Part shown: one piece after another, positions 27,036-32,620 of the stretch
How the letters are laid out: each line of letters opens with the position of its first letter
Position numbering within the stretch: the stretch's first letter is position 1
Source of the DNA: a virus
Taxonomy: Duplodnaviria > Heunggongvirae > Uroviricota > Caudoviricetes
IMG/VR virus record: IMGVR_UViG_2861048470_000001
Length of the DNA: 32,620 nt
Strand: one strand, 5' to 3'
Notes under the pieces: generated by a model
Databases searched by the model: none
Told to the model about the DNA's origin: nothing
What the model saw: the letters and a program-made list of their open reading frames with translations, nothing else
Translations under genes and position numbers: made by a program

Positions 27036-29475
27036 CAATGTAAAATTACAGGTATTGCTCAGGGCTGTTGACCAGGCATCCCGCCCGTTTAAATCCATCC
27101 GCACAGCGAGCAAGTCGCTGTCGGGGGATATCCGGGAAACACAAAAATCACTGCGCGAGCTGAACGGTCACGCATCCCGTATTGAGGGATTTCGCAAGAC
27201 CAGCGCACAGCTCGCCGTGACTGGTCATGCACTTGAAAAGGCACGGCAGGAGGCCGAAGCACTTGCCACACAGTTTAAAAACACTGAACGTCCGACCCGT
27301 GCTCAGGCGAAAGTGCTGGAATCCGCAAAGCGTGCGGCGGAGGACTTACAGGCGAAATATAACCGCCTGACGGATTCCGTTAAACGCCAGCAGCGGGAAC
27401 TGGCCGCTGTGGGAATTAATACCCGCAATCTTGCACATGATGAGCAGGGGCTGAAAAACCGTATCAGTGAAACCACCGCACAGCTTAACCGGCAGCGTGA
27501 CGCGCTGGCGCGTGTCAGTGCACAACAGGCAAAACTTAACGCAGTCAAACAGCGTTATCAGGCAGGAAAAGAACTTGCCGGAAATATGGCCTCAGTGGGC
27601 GCTGCCGGTGTGGGGATTGCGGCGGCGGGAACGATGGCCGGAGTTAAGCTGCTGATGCCCGGTTATGAGTTTGCGCAGAAAAACTCAGAATTGCAGGCCG
27701 TGCTCGGTGTGGCAAAAGATTCCGCCGAAATGGCCGCGCTCCGCAAACAGGCGCGCCAGCTCGGCGACAATACCGCCGCCTCAGCGGATGATGCGGCCGG
27801 TGCGCAGATTATCATTGCGAAAGCGGGTGGAGATGCTGCGGCTATTCAGGCGGCAACGCCGGTCACGCTGAATATGGCACTGGCGAATCAGCGGTCGATG
27901 GAAGAAAACGCGCAACTGTTGCTGGGGACTAAGGCATCCTTTCAACTGTCAAATGATGATGTCAGCCATGTGGGCGACGTGTTGTCGGCAACGATGAATA
28001 AGTCGGCGGCTGATTTTCAGGGACTCAGTGATGCACTGACTTACCTCGGTCCGGTTGCGAGGACGGCAGGTGTAAGTCTTGAACAGGCAGCGGCCATGAC
28101 AGGTGTGCTGCATGACAATAACATCAGGGGGTCAATGGCGGGTACGGGTGGCAGTGCCGTTGTCACCCGATTACAGGCACCGACTGGAAAAGCATGGGAT
28201 GCACTCAAAGAGCTTGGCGTTAAAACCTCGGACAAAAAGGGAAATATGCGTCCGTTGTTCACCATTCTGAAAGAGATTCAGGCCAGCTTTGATAAACACA
28301 AGCTGGGAACGTCTCAGAAGGGGGAATACCTTAAAACCATTTTTGGTGAGGAAGCCCTGAAATCAGCGAACGTTTTACTGGCAGCGGCTGCAAGCGGAAA
28401 ACTGGATAAGCTGACCGCCACACTGAAAGCCTCAGACGGTAAAACGGAAGAGCTGGTTAAAATCATGCAGGACAACCTCGGCGGTGACTTTAAGGAGTTT
28501 CAGTCCGCTTATGAAGCGGTGGGGACTGACCTGTTTGACCAGCAGGAAGGCGCACTGCGTAAGCTCACGCAGACGGCCACAAAGTATGTGTTAAAACTCG
28601 ACGGCTGGATCCAGAAAAACAAATCACTGGCGTCAACCATTGGCCTAATTGCCGGTGGCGCGCTGGCGCTTACTGGCATCATCGGTGCCATTGGTCTTGT
28701 AGCCTGGCCGGTTATCACCGGCATCAATGCCATCATCGCGGCAGCAGGCGCAATGGGGGCAATCTTCACGACGGTTGGCAGTGCTGTTATGACCGCCATC
28801 GGGGCGATTAGCTGGCCGGTTGTGGCCGTGGTGGCCGCCATTGTCGCCGGGGCGTTGCTTATCCGTAAATACTGGGAGCCTGTCAGCGCATTCTTTGGCG
28901 GTGTGATGGAAGGGCTGAAAGCGGCATTTGCGCCGGTGGGGGAACTGTTCACGCCACTTAAGCCGGTGTTTGACTGGCTGGGCGAAAAGTTACAGGCCGC
29001 GTGGCAGTGGTTTAAAAACCTGATTGCCCCGGTCAAAGCCACCCAGGACACCCTGAACCGTTGCCGTGATACTGGCGTCATGTTCGGGCAGGCACTGGCT
29101 GACGCGCTGATGCTGCCGCTTAATGCGTTCAACAAACTGCGCAGCGGAATTGACTGGGTACTGGAAAAACTCGGTGTTATCAACAAAGAGTCAGACACAC
29201 TTGACCAGACCGCCGCCAGAACTCAAGCCGCCACGTATGGCAGCGGTGGTTATATTCCGGCGACCAGCTCTTATGCAGGCTATCAGGCTTATCAGCCGGT
29301 TACGGCACCGGCTGGCCGCTCTTATGTGGACCAGAGTAAAAACGAATATCACATCAGCCTGACGGGTGGTACTGCGCCGGGGACACAGCTTGACCGCCAG
29401 TTACAGGATGCGCTCGAAAAATACGAGCGGGATAAACGTGCGCGCGCCCGTGCCAGCATGATGCATGACGGTTAA
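27028..29475 (+). CDS. T: Tail tape-measure protein T
   Basis: 815 aa; coiled-coil N-terminus and Gly/Ala-rich hydrophobic central region. Confidence 0.9.
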   Translation: MSNNVKLQVLLRAVDQASRPFKSIRTASKSLSGDIRETQKSLRELNGHASRIEGFRKTSAQLAVTGHALEKARQEAEALATQFKNTERPTRAQAKVLESAKRAAEDLQAKYNRLTDSVKRQQRELAAVGINTRNLAHDEQGLKNRISETTAQLNRQRDALARVSAQQAKLNAVKQRYQAGKELAGNMASVGAAGVGIAAAGTMAGVKLLMPGYEFAQKNSELQAVLGVAKDSAEMAALRKQARQLGDNTAASADDAAGAQIIIAKAGGDAAAIQAATPVTLNMALANQRSMEENAQLLLGTKASFQLSNDDVSHVGDVLSATMNKSAADFQGLSDALTYLGPVARTAGVSLEQAAAMTGVLHDNNIRGSMAGTGGSAVVTRLQAPTGKAWDALKELGVKTSDKKGNMRPLFTILKEIQASFDKHKLGTSQKGEYLKTIFGEEALKSANVLLAAAASGKLDKLTATLKASDGKTEELVKIMQDNLGGDFKEFQSAYEAVGTDLFDQQEGALRKLTQTATKYVLKLDGWIQKNKSLASTIGLIAGGALALTGIIGAIGLVAWPVITGINAIIAAAGAMGAIFTTVGSAVMTAIGAISWPVVAVVAAIVAGALLIRKYWEPVSAFFGGVMEGLKAAFAPVGELFTPLKPVFDWLGEKLQAAWQWFKNLIAPVKATQDTLNRCRDTGVMFGQALADALMLPLNAFNKLRSGIDWVLEKLGVINKESDTLDQTAARTQAATYGSGGYIPATSSYAGYQAYQPVTAPAGRSYVDQSKNEYHISLTGGTAPGTQLDRQLQDALEKYERDKRARARASMMHDG

Positions 29476-29489
29476 GGAGGTGACGAAAA

Positions 29490-29969
29490 ATGATGCTCGC
29501 GTTAGGTATGTTTGTTTTTATGCGCCAGACGCTGCCACACCAGACCATGCAGCGTGAATCAGATTATCGCTGGCCGTCAAATTCCCGTATCGGTAAACGG
29601 GATGCCTTTCAGTTTCTCGGTGTGGGTGAGGAAAACATCACGCTTGCCGGCGTGCTTTATCCCGAACTGACCGGCGGGAAGCTGACGATGACCACGCTCA
29701 GGCTGATGGCAGAGGAAGGCCGGGCGTGGCCGTTGCTGGATGGCACCGGCATGATTTACGGCATGTATGTCATCAGCAAGGTGAGTGAAACAGGGAGTAT
29801 TTTCTTTGCAGATGGCACACCCCGAAAAATTGATTTTACGCTGTCGCTCACCCGCGTTGATGAATCACTGGCCGCGCTTTATGGCGATATCGGTAAACAG
29901 GCGGAATCGCTCATCGGTAAGGCTGGCAGTATGGCGACTAAATTCACGGGTATGACGGGGGCGGGATAA
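29490..29969 (+). CDS. U: Tail protein U
   Basis: 159 aa; P2 gpU position. Confidence 0.85.
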   Translation: MMLALGMFVFMRQTLPHQTMQRESDYRWPSNSRIGKRDAFQFLGVGEENITLAGVLYPELTGGKLTMTTLRLMAEEGRAWPLLDGTGMIYGMYVISKVSETGSIFFADGTPRKIDFTLSLTRVDESLAALYGDIGKQAESLIGKAGSMATKFTGMTGAG

Positions 29970-31132
29970 TGCTGGATGCGCTGACATTTGATGCAGGCAG
30001 TACGCTGACGCCGGATTACATGCTGATGCTCGACAGCAGGGATATTACCGGCAATATCAGCGACCGTCTGATGAGCATGACCCTGACGGATAACCGGGGC
30101 TTTGAGGCTGACCAGCTTGATATTGAACTGAACGATGCCGACGGGCAGGTCGGGCTGCCGGTTCGTGGCGCTGTCCTGACGGTGTATATCGGCTGGAAAG
30201 GTTTTGCCCTGGTATGCAAAGGGAAATTTACCGTTGATGAGGTTGAACACCGGGGCGCACCGGATGTGGTCACCATCCGCGCCCGGAGTGCAGATTTTCG
30301 CGGGACGCTCAATTCCCGCCGTGAAGGCTCCTGGCATGACACCACGCTCGGTGCGATTGTTGAGGCGATAGCCTCCCGTAACAGGCTGGAAGCCAGTGTC
30401 GTTCCATCACTGGCCGGAATTAAAATCCCGCACATCGACCAGTCGCAGGAGTCTGATGCAAAATTCCTGACCCGCCTTGCTGAACGCAACGGCGGTGAGG
30501 TGTCGGTAAAAATGGGAAAACTGTTGTTTCTCAAAGCGGGGCAGGGGGTGACGGCCAGCGGTAAAAAAGTCCCGCAGGTCACCATAACCCGCAGCGACGG
30601 CGACCGCCATCATTTTGCGATTGCTGACCGTGGAGCCTATACCGGCGTAACGGCAAAGTGGCTTCACACCAAAGACCCGAAGCCGCAAAAGCAGAAGGTA
30701 AAACTGAAACGCAAAAAGAAAGAGAAACACCTGCGCGCACTGGAGCACCCGAAAGCGAAACCAGTCACGCAGAAGAAAGCGCCAAAAGTACCGGAAGCGC
30801 GCGAAGGTGAATACATGGCCGGTGAGGCTGACAACGTTTTTGCACTGACCACGGTATATGCCACGAAAGCACAGGCCATGCGCGCCGCTCAGGCGAAGTG
30901 GGATAAACTGCAACGGGGTGTGGCGGAGTTCTCCATCAGCCTGGCTACCGGTCGGGCAGATATTTACACGGAAACACCGGTTAAAGTGTCAGGCTTTAAG
31001 CGCGTCATAGACGAGCAGGACTGGACAATCACTAAGGTGACACATTTTCTGAATAATAGCGGCTTCACGACGTCCTTAGAGCTTGAGGTCAGGCTTTCTG
31101 ATGTGGAGTACGAAACCGAAGATGATGAGTGA
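29969..31132 (+). CDS. D: Tail protein D
   Basis: 387 aa; P2 gpD size and position. Confidence 0.9.
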   Translation: MLDALTFDAGSTLTPDYMLMLDSRDITGNISDRLMSMTLTDNRGFEADQLDIELNDADGQVGLPVRGAVLTVYIGWKGFALVCKGKFTVDEVEHRGAPDVVTIRARSADFRGTLNSRREGSWHDTTLGAIVEAIASRNRLEASVVPSLAGIKIPHIDQSQESDAKFLTRLAERNGGEVSVKMGKLLFLKAGQGVTASGKKVPQVTITRSDGDRHHFAIADRGAYTGVTAKWLHTKDPKPQKQKVKLKRKKKEKHLRALEHPKAKPVTQKKAPKVPEAREGEYMAGEADNVFALTTVYATKAQAMRAAQAKWDKLQRGVAEFSISLATGRADIYTETPVKVSGFKRVIDEQDWTITKVTHFLNNSGFTTSLELEVRLSDVEYETEDDE

Positions 31133-31213
31133 TGTTTTTATTTTATCTATTTGTTTTATAAGGATAAATTAACTAAAATGGCACCATCAACAAAACCGGA
31201 AGAGGTGCTCGCG

Positions 31214-31432
31214 ATGTTTCATTGTCCTTTATGCCAGCATGCCGCACATGCGCGTACAAGCCGCTATATCACTGACACGACAAAAGAGCGTTATCACCAG
31301 TGTCAGAACGTGAATTGCAGCGCCACGTTCATCACTTATGAGTCGGTACAGCGATACATCGTGAAGCCGGGAGAAGTCCACGCCGTAAGGCCGCACCCGT
31401 TACCATCAGGACAGCAAATTATGTGGATGTGA
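31214..31432 (+). CDS. ogr: Late-gene transcriptional activator Ogr (zinc finger)
   Basis: 72 aa from MFHCPLCQH...; CxxC...CxxxxC zinc-binding pattern; last phage gene before the chromosome. Confidence 0.9.
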   Translation: MFHCPLCQHAAHARTSRYITDTTKERYHQCQNVNCSATFITYESVQRYIVKPGEVHAVRPHPLPSGQQIMWM

Positions 31433-31442
31433 TCACAAAAAT

Positions 31443-31466
31443 AGCCCCTCAGTTGAGGGGCTTATT
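31443..31466 (+). terminator. Hairpin downstream of ogr; possible terminator within the attR region
   Basis: AGCCCCTC-agtt-GAGGGGCT stem followed by a short T-containing tract. Confidence 0.5.
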
Positions 31467-31559
31467 TATGGTCGATGTGGACGCTATGTGGACAGTGCTT
31501 GATATAAATCCATTTATATCATCAGGTTAGGTGCTTTTTTGTGACACCATCCCTGTCTT

Positions 31560-31586
31560 CCCCCACATGATGTGGGGTTTTTTTTT
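31560..31586 (+). terminator. Rho-independent terminator (likely chromosomal) upstream of fieF
   Basis: CCCCACA-tga-TGTGGGG stem followed by T9. Confidence 0.5.
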
Positions 31587-31667
31587 ATCCTCAATTTGCC
31601 TGCTGCTTAATGCATTGCAGATGATTTGCTTCCGTTATACTAGCGTCAGTTGATAGCGGGAGTATTT

Positions 31668-32570
31668 ATGAATCAATCTTATGGACGGCTGGTCAGTTGG
31701 GCGGCGATTGCTGCGACGGCGATGGCTTCGTTGCTATTGCTGATTAAAATTTTTGCATGGTGGTATACCGGGTCGGTGAGTATTCTCGCCGCGCTGGTGG
31801 ATTCGCTGGTGGATATCGGCGCGTCGTTGACGAATTTATTGGTGGTGCGATATTCCCTGCAACCTGCCGACGATAATCACTCGTTTGGTCACGGTAAAGC
31901 TGAGTCCCTCGCGGCGCTGGCGCAAAGTATGTTTATCTCCGGTTCGGCACTATTCCTGTTTTTGACGGGTATTCAACATCTGATATCTCCAACACCGATG
32001 ACAGATCCAGGCGTCGGGGTTATCGTGACAATTGTGGCGCTAATTTGTACGATTATCCTTGTCTCGTTTCAGCGTTGGGTGGTGAGGCGGACGCAAAGCC
32101 AGGCGGTGCGGGCTGATATGCTACATTACCAGTCTGATGTTATGATGAACGGCGCAATTCTGCTGGCGCTGGGGTTGTCCTGGTACGGCTGGCATCGCGC
32201 CGATGCTCTGTTTGCATTGGGAATCGGCATCTATATTTTATATAGCGCGTTACGCATGGGATATGAGGCGGTACAGTCATTACTGGATCGCGCATTGCCT
32301 GATGAGGAACGGCAAGAAATTATTGATATCGTGACTTCCTGGCCGGGTGTTAGCGGCGCTCACGATCTTCGCACGCGGCAGTCAGGGCCGACCCGCTTTA
32401 TTCAGATTCATTTGGAAATGGAAGACTCTCTGCCTTTGGTTCAGGCACATATGGTGGCGGATCAGGTAGAGCAGGCTATTTTACGGCGTTTTCCGGGATC
32501 GGATGTAATTATCCATCAGGACCCCTGTTCCGTCGTACCCAGGGAGGGTAAACGGTCTATGCTTTCATAA
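31668..32570 (+). CDS. fieF: Cation-diffusion-facilitator ferrous-iron/zinc efflux transporter FieF (YiiP)
   Basis: About 300 aa from [10 protein letters not shown]...; multiple transmembrane helices and [11 protein letters not shown] motif; matches enterobacterial FieF as I recall it. Confidence 0.9.
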   Translation: MNQSYGRLVSWAAIAATAMASLLLLIKIFAWWYTGSVSILAALVDSLVDIGASLTNLLVVRYSLQPADDNHSFGHGKAESLAALAQSMFISGSALFLFLTGIQHLISPTPMTDPGVGVIVTIVALICTIILVSFQRWVVRRTQSQAVRADMLHYQSDVMMNGAILLALGLSWYGWHRADALFALGIGIYILYSALRMGYEAVQSLLDRALPDEERQEIIDIVTSWPGVSGAHDLRTRQSGPTRFIQIHLEMEDSLPLVQAHMVADQVEQAILRRFPGSDVIIHQDPCSVVPREGKRSMLS

Positions 32571-32620
32571 TCAGTATAAAAGAGAGCCAGACCCGCATTT
32601 TGTGTATAAAATACCGCCAT

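Larger units (their letters stand above)
1..31500. mobile_element. P2-like prophage, near-complete; left end (attL) lies outside the window, right end (attR) is between ogr and fieF
   Basis: Full P2 gene order int-C-cox-B-A / cos / Q-P / O-N-M-L-X-Y-K-lysABC-R-S-V-W-J-I-H-G-FI-FII-E-T-U-D-ogr read from the translated ORFs; a chromosomal gene (fieF) follows directly. Confidence 0.85.

Noticed and set aside
31433-31667. A tRNA gene as the integration target at the right junction
   Set aside because: No cloverleaf-compatible sequence or conserved T-loop motif was seen between ogr and fieF; the junction looks like an ordinary intergenic att site.

Overview
The window is an almost complete P2-like (Peduovirus-type) prophage of an Escherichia/Salmonella-type host, running from the integrase stop codon at position 1 to an attR region just after ogr (about 31.45 kb), followed by the chromosomal fieF (yiiP) gene. 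Gene order and orientation match P2: int and C leftward; cox, a B-like gene, four small ORFs and replication gene A rightward; a cos site; Q and P leftward; then O N M L X Y K lysA lysB/lysC R S, V W J I H G, FI FII E/E' T U D ogr rightward. Gene names are assigned from the translated ORFs, gene order and my recollection of P2 proteins; no database search was run. Three AT-rich islands interrupt the GC-rich backbone at the positions where P2 carries its variable accessory genes: (1) between A and cos (the tin/old locus), a Panacea/DUF4065-like protein followed by a coiled-coil protein with two C-terminal transmembrane helices, which I read as a candidate toxin-antitoxin or anti-phage pair; (2) between S and V, a convergently oriented protein with three predicted transmembrane helices; (3) between G and FI (the Z/fun locus), a lone trypsin-fold serine protease with an extra N-terminal domain, flanked by unusually long non-coding DNA carrying short repeats. 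Other points: a four-copy tandem repeat inside tail-fibre gene H, the E/E' -1 frameshift site, the lysB/lysC embedded pair, the cos sequence and the C/cox switch repeats.
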